Source: Lama guanicoe (lineage: Eukaryota). Taken from it: a stretch of 64,000 nt of DNA. The notes under the pieces were generated by a model. The model saw only the letters and a list, made by a program, of their open reading frames with translations. It did no database searches and had not been told where the DNA came from. Position numbers and translations under genes: made by a program. Location: the NCBI GenBank assembly GCA_013239625.1, contig MU053652.1, positions 7,121,902-7,185,901 of the forward strand, written 5' to 3'. Below are positions 14,001-25,260 of the stretch, piece by piece. Numbering within the stretch: the first letter of the stretch is position 1; each line of letters begins with the position of its first letter.

Positions 14001-15160
14001 CAGATACTATTCCAGGGACTTCACGCATAATAATCAATTGATTCCAAGTTAACTCTATGAAGGTGGGTTAATTATATAGATAAAGCATCTGCAATAACAA
14101 AGGTTAAGATGCTTAAGATATATATCATCTACATATATGTAAAATATGTATGCAAATGTATAGGACAGACATGTACAAGAAACTTAGCAGAGGTTACTTC
14201 CAGGGGGGACTGGAGGAATAAGGATCTGCAGTGAGAGGAGGATTGATGTTTTACCATAAACACCTTTGTACTGTCTGAAAGGTTTACCGTGTGCATATGT
14301 TATACTTTCAGTGTAAAAATAAAACGAAAAAATACTACCTATCCTGAGTGTGAGCTATGTATGCTCCACTTGGAAGGGATGTCAAATGAAGGAAGGAAAG
14401 CCAAGGCCCCAGTTGTCAGATATCACAGTCTTGCTCATGATCTGTCTTGTTTAACGGAGAGTGTTCAGGGTAATTTATAAACATAAAAAAATCTATTTTA
14501 TAGATGCTACAAATATACCTTTGGGGGAAAATATATTACAAAATGTAGTTTGTTTCCCTTTATTTGATTTGTTTTACATATTAGCTCATTTTAAAAGGCC
14601 ATCATGAAATATATGTTATATATTATATCTGTGCATTAGTCACTTTATTAAGAGAATAACTGCATTATCAACATGTACTAAGATGCAGAAGTATTTCTTT
14701 GAAAACAGAACTGGCTTTTTGATCCCCATAATTCCAGTCTTATAATCATTCAACATCCAATCAGTAGCAAATCACATCATTTTCAAAGCTATGCTGAGTG
14801 GCATGATGAGATATCAGTCTAAGATATTGCTTCATTTGTCAGGAAAAAAGCCTGTAAGGAGAACTAGTCTATTTGTCTGTTTCAAAATGAGCTTAGAAAA
14901 AAAGAAAAGCTGTAATCTGAAAGACAAGAAATACATGACAGAAGACAAGACTGATAGTAGGATGAGCCACTACTGTTATTTTGCCTTCAGCTCAATCAAA
15001 CTCACCAAAGAAATAATAATTCACAGGACAACATGATAGAATGGAAAGGGATTGGCAGTGCTTTTTTTCACGTTTGAGATAAGTACAGGCAAGCAAGGAC
15101 CTTGCATCTTAAGGAAAGCACTTAATCTATTAAAATACATTTTAAAAATATATTTTAAAT

Positions 15161-15200
15161 AAATATGTATTTGATATAAAAAATATGTATTTGATATAAA
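15161..15200. repeat. exact 20-bp tandem duplication
   Basis: AAATATGTATTTGATATAAA repeated twice. Confidence 0.95.
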
Positions 15201-15399
15201 AAGCATTTGGAGAAAGACTAGCAATAATGGTTGACAACAGCACATTCCAATCAATCCTAAACTTACATTCATTATTTTATATATGTCAAAATGATGAAAC
15301 AAGTGTCACAAGGGTAAGTGACTTATTCAAAATAAAACAACCTAGAAACAAGAGGAAAAACTCAAATCCAAGACTGTCAATTCTAAGTTTAGACCTGAA

Positions 15400-15945
15400 C
15401 ATACAGCATTTATTCACCAAATATTTATTTAGTTCCTCTCTGCCAGGCATTCTGCTAAGACCTTGGGATTTAATTCTCTCAAGGAACTCACTTGTTAGTG
15501 GGAGAGGCTGATGGTATCAAGTGAACTAATTTATTTTTACAAAAGTTACATTTTGTGATAAATTATATGATGGACATGAAGGGTGACCTGTGATTAACAC
15601 TGAGGTGAGGCCTCTTTTAACAAGGGTCAGAGAAGGCTTCTCAGAGGTTGTGGCATTGAGCTGAGCACTGAAAGATCAGAAGAAGCTGCCGGTGTAGAGC
15701 AGGAAAAGGGACATTAGAAGCAGATGGAAGACAAAGTCCAAGGTTTTAAGAAAAAGCTTCACCTGTTTGTGGGACAGAAAGGAGGCCAGTGTTCTGACTG
15801 TGGAACCAAAGGAAGAATGCCATGAGTGAAGTCTACAGAGAAGGGAATGGGGCCAGATTATTTAAGACTTTGTAGATCATGAAAGTTTAACTTTTATTCT
15901 AAATGACATAGGAATGCATTTAAGGGGTTTAAACCAGAAAATAAG
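15400..15945 (-). mobile_element. L2 LINE 3' portion
   Basis: CATTTATTCACCAAATATTTATTTAGTTCCTCTCTGCCAGGCATTCTGCTAAG...GGTCAGAGAAGGCTTCTCAGAGG...GAAAGGAGGCCAGTG. Confidence 0.85.
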
Positions 15946-16074
15946 TCTACCTAATTTTTTTTTATTATTTATTTTTTTATCTAATTTTAATTTATAATTT
16001 TAAATGTAAAATTTGCTTGGCAAATGAACAGACAGTGGTACTATTAACTTAAATTGACTGCATAATTTATACTT

Positions 16075-16165
16075 GAACAAGGATAGTTTCGAGAATGAAA
16101 GGGGGCATTACTAATAATTACACTATGGCGATGAATCTAAACTAGGACTGTTTCAGGTATATCAC
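16075..16165. mobile_element. hAT-Blackjack MITE (MER81-like)
   Basis: GAGAATGAAAGGGGGCATTACTAATAATTAC...AAACTAGGACTGT. Confidence 0.5.
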
Positions 16166-16635
16166 TTGGCTTTTGCTACAAAATCCCACTGGGTTTAAGC
16201 AACATTTATTTAGCTCATGATTCTGTATTCATGAGCATTCTGTGGCATGGGCCTTTTTCATTTAATCCCTTTGGACTCAGGCAGAATGAAGAAGGCCAAT
16301 TGGTGGCCAAAAGATCTAAGATGGACTCTAGATCACTCTAGAGACACATCGCTGGCTGTCTTCAGCCACGGGTATGGGAGCAAATGTGCCACTGGTCTCT
16401 AATTACCCCCCAGGCTGGCTCACCCACATGGTGACAACAGGGTTCCACAAGCAACAAAAGTTGAAGCTACAAGACCTCTTGAAGCTTAGGCTCATAACTC
16501 ATGTGACTTGTACCTCATCATTTCTACTACAGTATATCAAAGAAGGTCACAGGGCTAGCCCTGGATTTAAGGGGTGGGGAACCAGACTCCACCTTTTGGT
16601 GAGAGTTACTGCAAAGTACTGTGGCCATTTGCACA
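16165..16635 (-). mobile_element. MLT1 (MaLR) LTR
   Basis: TTTAAGCAACATTTATTTAGCTCATGATTCTGT...GGTCACAGGGCTAGCCCTGGATTTAAGGGGTGGGGAACCAGACTCCACCT. Confidence 0.8.
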
Positions 16636-17719
16636 TTTGTTAGCTCTTTAGTGGACAGTCTGAGAGCTGTGTAAGATGGATGCTCTGTGTTAGAATAATT
16701 CCTTAAACCTTCCCTAAACAATCCATAGTCTCAGAATGAAGTAGGCATCATTAAAACAGATGCTTAAATCAGATATATTCACTGAGTATACTGGTCAAAC
16801 ATAGAAGATACCTACCCATTCCCAGTCCTATGCCTCCATCACTCAAGCTGCCTCTGAGGCAAAATACTCTCACAGCCCAAGAATTCTTACCCTTTGGGGA
16901 ACATGTTGATGGCAGTAGCAAAATTAATGACCACAACTAGACCATTAATTGTCTATAGCTTTGCCAAATTTTCTTTCTAAGGAAATTCAAAGGAGTCAAG
17001 GTAAAACTCAGAGGAATAGGAAGGAAGTGTGGGTCTCATAACCCGACATGTTCTTAGCTTTAGTCCTCTTCTGGTATACTCATCCCCTCCTATCCAGGGT
17101 ACGAGATCTGCACTAGTGCACTTTGTAACCAGATCCTCACCTCCTGCACCAAGTCAACTTCCAACTGACTGAGTTTTACAGAAGTCTTTATTTTCAAAGC
17201 TGCCCAGAGTATCTCACTGAGTTCCCAGGTTTGGGAACCACCAATGCTATCAACAAGTTTGTAGTAGAATCTAGATTCTCATTTAATCTTGCTCAAAATG
17301 ACATTTGTGTTTTCCTGGAACTAAAGAATTCATACTGCATAAATTATTTTCTAAGAGAGGAATCATTCTTTCAATTTCTTTGAAATACTTTTACAAGAAA
17401 AATAAAATTTTATGTCACTAAATAAAGAAACCCTTCGTGAGTGTGATATTTCTCAAACTTCAGACAACTGGTTTCTGTAAACTAGAAGTTTCTTAGTGAT
17501 ATTGCTGGCAGATGCCACCTTTATGCAGTGAATCTTCAAGACTGACACATTATTCTCCTGAAAAGAATAGTGAAATGTATAAAAATGAACAATAGCAACC
17601 ACAGAACACACAGAAAAGAAAATTCTGTTCAGTCACACAGAAACTAACAGATGGCAGAATCAGTGCAAAGAGCAAGGTTTGCTACTTCTCCCCTTTGTGT
17701 GCACCAAGCATCGTTAAAG

Positions 17720-17990
17720 CATTAACAGCAATAATGGCTATACTCATTGAGTCCCAGACTACAGCCTCCACAACGCCTCTCACTAAGCACTGTACTTGCA
17801 TTAGTCTGTTTCATTTCCACAAAATCATGAGGTAGGAGTATTAGCCCTACTTTAAAGATAAAGAATCCAGAACGTAAGAATGTTAAGTAACTTGTCCAAG
17901 CCACACAGCTGGTGAAAGAGCTTGGACAGGACCAAGGTCATCATATTCTAAAACCTATGAATTCAACCATACTACAACCTGCCACAGAGT
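17720..17990 (-). mobile_element. MIR SINE
   Basis: ATGAGGTAGGAGTATTAGCCCTACTTTAAAGATAAAG...GTTAAGTAACTTGTCCAAGCCACACAGCTGGT. Confidence 0.85.
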
Positions 17991-19699
17991 GAGATGTGGC
18001 AGAGAAGGTGGCAAGAAAAATGAAAACATGGTCATGATTTCTAAACATACACTTCGTAGTAACTATAAATTTGACTTCCAAACTTGACATTCTCCCATTC
18101 CACAATTCAAGTAAATATGCAACTACTCCCAGGGGAAAATGAAGAGCATTACATTCTTTTACTATGTTCATCTTCTAGTTCTTTACACTTAAGAGAACAT
18201 TATCAAGCTAAAATGTGAGGGTTTTTTTTTTCTTATTTAGGGGGAGTACTGTTTGCTTTGTTTCTATATCATATTCATATCTGTCAGTGAAGTGAAAACT
18301 TATTTTTTTGCTTTATAAATAAAAACTAATAGCATTCAGGGGCTGCCCAACAAGTGAACAAAAGTCACTGGTGGGAATTAATTGATAAGTACAATGGAAT
18401 GGATCCCATTTAAGGGAGCAAAGAGGAATCATTGAAAGTCCTCCTCTCCCACATACCATTAAATGGATCTTCCTATAAGAAAAAAGACACTTCATCAATT
18501 TTCCAAGTAGGTTAGGAATTTTCACAACTGAAGTTAAAGTAAAATAAATGTTAGCCATATAAAGATTATTCCTAGGAATAATTTTGTTTGAAAGTAATTT
18601 ATGTCTCTACTGGTAGTAGTCACTGCAGATCATTTGAACATAGTTTGCCCTGTGAATTTTTGCTGAAAAGGCTTTCAAATGATTAGTAAAGACTTTCAAA
18701 TATATCATATATTCATACATCTCTACTTTCTTGCTTCTGTTATTATTTATCTTCTAAATGAGAATATCTTTTTAAATTTGCACAGCAAGTGCTTTAAGGT
18801 CAAAGGACAGGTTTGAAGGAAGGTGGAGGAACACTGGACCCAAATATCAAGTCTGTAGAGACCTGTGCCTATGTTTTAGCAAAATAAGGTAGGGTGAAGT
18901 TTTGTCATAAATACAGACTTCCTGAAATTCATCAGTACTGCTAAATCTGAGAGCAAGTAGGCAGGGCCAGAGGTTACAGGAAAATCACATGGGTCTTCAC
19001 AAAACTTGTAAGAGGACATTATCTTTCTTTTCAAATATTCAGTTTAAATTAGTTCCTCATAACTGCTGTAGAAAAAGAAGGAAATGTATCTTTATCCTTC
19101 AAACAACTTGATAAAATCTTACATCTGTAGCTAAGCAGAGTATTCAGGTGGTCAGGAACCGCACTTTAAAGAAGTACATAAGAAGCAGATCTACACAGCC
19201 CATCTAGACAAAAAAAAAACTAAACATTTGCTTTGTGGAGCTGAATGACTAAGATGAGCTGTTATATTAATCACATTACATAAGAAATGGCCAAATGTCT
19301 ATTTTGTGCTATGTGGAGGCAGACACTAACAATCAAAGCTAGGGAGTTTTAATAAGGAGACTTAATTAAGACACACATCATCATCAGAAACAGGAGCCTT
19401 TAATTCTGAGAAAAAAAACCACTGCCAAACTTAGTTCAGCTGTGCTAATTAGCAAAGACCGGGAATTTAGAAAATCAGGCTGTTAGGAAAATGTATGCTA
19501 AAGAGTGACTACAGAGTACTGTCCAGATAGTATATTGTTGGGACTCTCATCCTATCACAGACACTCTTATAGATTTGGACAGGGGCAGGCCTCTAAATGA
19601 TACCCAGTCAGACCTCCCATGAAGAGCAGAGTTCCGTAAACATCCTGACACCGGGAACCTCAACATCAAAGACCAAGGACTCTTCTTACACTCTGGCTT

Positions 19700-20240
19700 T
19701 CCTTCCAGTTTTTGAACAGCTTCATTTAATTGCAAGTATTGCCTTTAATCAAGCCAAATCTTTCTCTTTGAGGGTTTCGTTTATTGTTTAATTATTGCTC
19801 TCTGAAATTATCCAGATGAAGTCTAACTCTACTTCTCCATACCTATACCTATTATGTTTTCTCTTCCCTAACACAACAGGGTTTTCTGCCTTCACATAAC
19901 GCTGCTTCAGACCTTACCACCATGTGGGTCAGTCTTTTCTGGAAAAAATCCAGTTGCTGTTTTTCTCAAAGCTGTGGTACCCCAACGTGTAATCTATTCA
20001 GTGTCTCATATAGGACTATTGCCTCTGGTCCTCTGAACTCTAGAATTCTGTAATTGCTACCTAAGTTTGCGTTAACATTTTGGCAGTTACAAATATACTG
20101 TTGGCTGATTTTGAACTTGTAATCAACTAAAACACCTGTCTTTTTCTCATGAACAGCTACTGAGCCAGGTTCCTTCATATTTTGTACTCCACCAGTTGAT
20201 TATTAATTTAAGTCCAAATTTCTTTCATCCTTATTTAACA
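19700..20240 (-). mobile_element. L3/CR1 LINE ORF2 fragment
   Basis: ORF 19966-20178 EKKTGVLVDYKFKISQQ...NANLGSNYR...EAIVLYETLNRLH parallels CR1 EKDLGVLVDHKLNMSQQ...NAILGCI.R...EVIVPLYSALVRPH. Confidence 0.85.
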
Positions 20241-20589
20241 AATAATCAATGGCCACTTGTAGAAAAATTAGAAAATGCAGCAAGACAAGCAAGATGAGTA
20301 AGAACATAAATTAAGTACAAATCATTCCTTTATTCCAAACATTTGAAGACAACTGCCATTTACATTTTGGTTAATAACTTTCCAAACCACCTTTTCTATG
20401 TATACGTATGCCGGCTGTTGGATATGTGAATTTTTGTGTAGACGCACAAAATGTAATTATATATTCTCTTATGATCTATCCTTTTTCTAAGTTATACTTT
20501 GTGAATGTCCAAAAACTATAAGACAGATAGCTATTCACCTATATTTTCCTTTGAAATGGCTTCACAATATTCCATTTTCAGATGTAACA

Positions 20590-21130
20590 GTGTTCCGGGT
20601 ACTATGGCTATATAACAAACCATTTCAAAATGTAGTTACTTAAAACAACGATATTTATTTTGCTCACAAATCTGCAGCTTGTTAGAGCTCAACAACTTGT
20701 CTGCTCTAGTTAGAATCAGCCGTAGTGGCTCAAAGGCTGGAGGCTAGAACCACCTGAAATCTCATTCACTTACATGACTGGCAGATGCTGGCTGTCAGAG
20801 ATCTTAACTGGGGCTTTCTGCTAGAACACCTACAGGTGACCTTACCACATGGTCTGGGCGTCCTCACAACACGGAAACACAACAAACTAGGTTTTAAGGG
20901 AGAAAATTCCCAAAGGAGAGAGAGCCAGGTGGAAAGTCACATTGCCTTTAAAACTCATCCCATTTCACTTTCATCTTATGTCATTCAGTGAGGGAGCCAC
21001 AAAGTGCTGCCTAGGTTTAGGTGGACGGAAAATAGACTCAAACTGTAAATGAGAGAGTGACAAGGTTAAGGAAGAGCATATGGGACTGGAAATATTGTTA
21101 TGGCTATCTGTGGAAATCACTATGGCCACA
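20590..21130 (-). mobile_element. MLT1 (MaLR) LTR
   Basis: ATAACAAACCATTTCAAAATGTAGTTACTTAAAACAACGATATTTATTTTGCTCACAAATCTGC...CTATGGCCACA. Confidence 0.85.
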
Positions 21131-22099
21131 GGTGTAATTCATTTAACCTACTTAACACTGTTTAAATTTTCCACTATTATAAAAAAAATGCTGCAAAACA
21201 ATTCTCAAATATACATTTGTGAGTATTTACACAATTAGTTCCCTAGGATATTTTGAGAACAGTAATTATAAAGCTTAAGCACATTTTTAAGGCTTTTGTA
21301 GATAATGGCAAATTGCCATTCAGGAACTTGAATGGCAATTTAGACCTCAATCATCAGTGTATGAATGGAAAAGCCCATTTCTCAACTCTAGCTTAAACAC
21401 TGGGTATTATCAGACTTCTTAATATTAGCCAGTCCTATTTTATTGTTATTTAAATTTGAGTTTCTTTGATTACTAGTACATTTGAACATCTTATGTGTAT
21501 ACTGATTATTTGTATTTCTTCTAAGAACTTGCTTATTTCTTGGCTTTTGATCACTTTTCTTTGATTTGTCTCTTTGAAGATTTTTTGGAGAGTTTTACGT
21601 ATTAACAACATTAAACCTTATCAAATATATTGCAATGCTTTTCCCAATTTGTTATTTGCCCATTATACTCTATGCAAATTTCTTATATTTTCCTGCATTC
21701 AAAAGAATATTGACTTAACAATGGTTTATTTGAGGTCTTCTTCAAGACTCACACATAAAAATTCACCTGTATTTTCTTCTGATACTTTGTTTTTAAGATT
21801 TAACTTTCCTATAAAATCCTTCATAAGTCTGAAATTTTGGTGTATGGAAAGAAGTAGAAAACTACATTTTGTTTTTCCTAAATAAGTGTCTCTTCTTGAA
21901 AACTACCTTTCTCCTATTATTTATTTATTTATTATTTATGATACACCAAATATATAAATATTCTAGTTCCTAACTTTTTATTTTCTTATAATTGCATTTA
22001 TCTGTCTGTTCCAACTTATTTGTCTATCAAGCTATTCTATTTATCAGTGTATTCTTATTATACTGTTCTAGATGCTGCTGCTTTATGGACAATGATATG

Positions 22100-22250
22100 T
22101 AAACTTCCTAGTTTCTTAAAGCCATTTGAGAATCTGATGGAATGTTTAGATTCTCTACCTGGAAAAATGCACATATGTGCGTACACAAAATTGTTTTCAT
22201 TCAATTTCCCACAATTACCCGTATCTGAGATCCATATAACGCGTCTTCAT
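22100..22250. mobile_element. hAT-Charlie MITE fragment
   Basis: CCATTTGAGAATCTGATGG...AAAAATGCACATA...CACAAAATT. Confidence 0.5.
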
Positions 22251-22769
22251 CTTTGCACATAACTCGTGAATTTAACTCTTGAGTTATATTATTTAAACTG
22301 TTACTGTGAATGAGTTTTCTATTTCAACTTCTGTTATATTGCTCATTGATAGCATATAGGAAAGCTGTTGATTTTGTTAAACAACCCTCTTTTTCCAGCC
22401 ACCTTTTTGAATTCTTTCAGATCTAATTGCTTTCATTTTAAATCCTTTGTGTGTTCTATATAGACAATCAAATCATCTGCATTGAATAGAATATGGCTTT
22501 TTCTCCCCCAGCATTTAAATATGATATATATCATGTTAGAATACTTAAAACATATATCCTGGTTAGAATATCTAAAGCAATGCTTAATAACAATGGAGGT
22601 AGTAAATTTCTGTTTTTATTTTTTTTTTTACTGCATGAGTTAATGAGAATAGAACTAGAGTTTCACCTGGTTACATGTGCAAGATAAAAATTCTTTACTG
22701 TGTTCAATTTCTTTCTGTTTTTCATAAGTTTTTCTCCTATTCCCAGTTTATTAAACATAAAAGCCTTTT

Positions 22770-23020
22770 AGAAGTTTTTATCGAGATATAATTCACTTAC
22801 CATAAAATTCACCCTTTTAAAGTTTACAATTTAGTGTGTTTTAGTATAGTCACAAAATTATGCAACCATTACCAATATCTAATTCCAAAACATTTTGTCA
22901 CCCCACAAAAATCATTCGTTAGTAGTTACACCCCATTTCCCACTTCCTCCAGGCCCTGGTAATCACTAACCTACTTTCCATCTCTATGAATTTACCTCTT
23001 TTGGACATTTCATATAAATA
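22770..23020 (-). mobile_element. L1MB-type 3' end
   Basis: TTTTATCGAGATATAATTCACTTACCATAAAATTCACCCTTTTAAAG...GGACATTTCATATAAAT. Confidence 0.9.
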
Positions 23021-23765
23021 CTTTCCTAGTGCATTAATACCATGATTTGAACTCTAAAGATATTTCTGAATTCTGAAGCTATTTTAGTTTATATTAGCTA
23101 TTAATTTTGTACTGCTAGATGAATGTTGATAAGTTTTACAAGTATGCCTCTGAGTCTTAAGTCATTAATAAATATCACAGAAATATGCCATTATTTGTGC
23201 AACTTCTATGTACGAATCTCCTGCCACATTGGTACAACTAGCTAAAAATTTACTTACAAGACAATCATCTTGTCTGCACGACTCTAATTTGCCCTGGAGT
23301 ATGTCCTAAAAAACTGTTAAGTGATTAGCTAAAAATATAACACATGGTTTCTGCTGTAGCAGCCAAAGCCTGCCAAACGCTGAATATGGAGTTTTGAGGG
23401 CATAGTTTATTCCAAGTCACGACATACTATACTCCTAATCAATGCACCTTATTCTGTATGTGAATAGTCATCTCTTTCAACAAAATCCAGGCCCTTTTCT
23501 AGTATTAACTACAAACCTAATGACTCACAATTTTCAGAACAAACCTTTAAAAAAAAATCAAATTGTTACAGTTTTTCCTTACACTAAATCCAGTAACTTT
23601 TCTTTTTTCCATAGTATCTCAAAAATCAGAGCATGTGGCAATTGCTAAATCTCCACTTTAGCATCTGCTATGTTAACACTACAGCCTAGATGGATATATG
23701 GTGAAAGGGACAACAGTATAATTCACATCAATCTGCCAAGTTGCTACTGGTTCTTTGACCCACAG

Positions 23766-23902
23766 TTTATGAAACCTTCTATGCTGAATTTTATTATAAT
23801 CAATAATTCAATATATTATTCCTCCCTGAAACATTTGATCACTACAAATTATTATGAAAGACGAAGAGTCATGGACTCTGACATGAACAGCACTGGCATA
23901 AG
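23766..23902 (+). pseudogene. candidate FSIP2-like N-terminal exon
   Basis: Acceptor CTTTGACCCACAG, donor AAG|GTAAGG; FMKPS...YSSLKHLITTNYYERRRVM versus FSIP2 LFRPS...YKSLHDPHLKAYYKRKDIL. Confidence 0.5.
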
Positions 23903-24095
23903 GTAAGGGCCAAGGAAAGGTTCCATGGGGGCACTTCGGATCTTCAGGCTCCCTCCCCACAAACAGGCCAAATGCCCGCCTAAAGGGTTGGGCGGGACCG
24001 GCCACCAGTGCAAGGCAGGAGGAGGGGTGGCCGGTATGTAAGCTTTTCATTCACCCAGGCTCCTCTCAGAGCTCAGTCCTTCAGGCTGCCAGTAC

Positions 24096-24803
24096 TGTCC
24101 GCAGCAACCCGGCATTTGAACAGATGTGTCTTCCCACCAGAGTGGGGCCTCAGTCTCAGAAGCCATCTATCCTTTGGAATCGGTCTATTTCTAATTTCGT
24201 CTTGGAAAAGAGCTTGACTTCCCCAACCCACTAGACCTTTGACCTTGTGCGGAAATGTGTACACATAAATGTACACTGTAGAACACAACAAAAATGGAGC
24301 ACTTCTGTGGGGGACAAAATGAGGTTGGCTAATGCAGGCGCATTAACGAAAAACAAAACTTATCTTTTCCTAACCTCAGCTGCGGTAATTTACGGCTCTT
24401 CTCAGACACCAACAGAGGACGCCTGCCAATCTCAAAACGCCAAGCCGGTTCACACCATCTTTGGCCTTCCTGTTTCCGACTCAGCTACCCCGACCCAAAT
24501 AAGGAAGAAGACCAGCAGACAACCAATCAGCTGAAAAACACAAATAACTTCCACATTTACCTCATAAAACCTCACTAGTTGAAGGGACTGGTCATAGCTC
24601 AGTGGCAGAGCCCACGCTTAGCATGCGCTAGTTCCTGGATTCAGTTCCTAGTACCTCCATTTAAAAAACAAACAAAAAATATCCTACCTCTTTAGCCTGT
24701 AAGCATCAGGGGACTCGGATTCCCCGGCCTTGAGCTGCCTTGCAGGTAAATTCACTTACTTTCCTTCTTTGTTTTACTCAGGTGCAGAATTTGGTTTTTG
24801 ACA
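24096..24803 (+). mobile_element. probable ERV solo LTR (5' boundary uncertain), interrupted by a SINE
   Basis: CCAAT box ACCAATCAG (~24522), TATA-like CATAAAA (~24563), end TTTTGACA at 24803; possible start TGTC at 24096 with imperfect flanks GTAC/CTAC. Confidence 0.45.
24584..24680 (+). mobile_element. tRNA-Ala-derived SINE (camelid Vic-1 type)
   Basis: A-box TAGCTCAGTGG, anticodon-arm-like GCTTAGCATGC, degenerate B-box GGATTCAGTTCC, end CAGTACCTCCA-like, then A-rich tail. Confidence 0.8.
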
Positions 24804-24899
24804 CTACATACCTGTGCACATGTAGGGGCCAGAACAGAGGTCCATTCTGAATGATGCAGCCTACACCTCAAAAAGGAAACGACAGAAAATCATCCCCTA

Positions 24900-25260
24900 A
24901 AAGCTTCAGGTGTGGGGGCAGGTGGGGCGGGAAGGGTGCTGACCGAGTAGGAGGAGACTGCCCTGTGCTGTACTATCGCGGTGGTCGGCGAGTCTCACAC
25001 TGAACTGTCGCGAGAAGTAGGAAGTACCGCGCCTGCGTAGTGCAGTAGCCCTGACGGCCGCCTCAGATCAGATGGCGGGTGTGTGACGGACGCGGTTAGT
25101 GTGGAGGTCAGTTCGCTGCCCAGGACTCAACGCCACGAGCAGCACTTTAGCCAGGACCTTGCAGATCGAAGCCGAGATGGCTCCGGCTAAAAAACCACAA
25201 CCGCAGCGCACCACTTAGTGCTGCTTACGCCTCGCTGTGCCAACCTTCGCAGAGAACTCA
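24900..25260. promoter_or_regulatory. CpG-island-like patch with housekeeping promoter motifs
   Basis: About 27 CpGs counted by eye in 24941-25260 against a CpG-depleted background; GC box GGGGCGGG (~24924), TCGCGAGA (~25008), CTATCGCG (~24973), GGAAGT (~25020), GCGCCTGCG (~25029). Confidence 0.55.

Larger units (their letters stand above)
11450..18600 (-). mobile_element. fragmented ancient RTE-X/L4-like LINE ORF2 (EN, RT, C-terminus) with nested younger repeats
   Basis: Minus-strand peptides in expected order: EN-like GRGGL (~18.44 kb) and LWNGR...KF..TT...DHVF (~18.0-18.1 kb); RT-like SLIELKA (~15.0 kb) and PVLFSKKYFCILVHVDNAVILL (~14.65-14.7 kb); C-terminal FFLKKILSVRHLMLNSLYLELA (12.32-12.39 kb) and IETTACLL...DTHP..VCRF (11.47-11.64 kb). 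Confidence 0.55.
20245..22760 (-). mobile_element. old L1ME-type fragments with nested MLT1 and hAT MITE
   Basis: T-rich strand; TTTAAATTTGAGTTTCTTTGATTACTAGT (~21.45 kb); TATATAGACAATCAAATCATCTGC (~22.46 kb). Confidence 0.7.

Noticed and set aside
24584..24660. Genuine tRNA-Ala gene
   Set aside because: Stems and B-box are degenerate and it ends in an A-rich tail, so it is a SINE.
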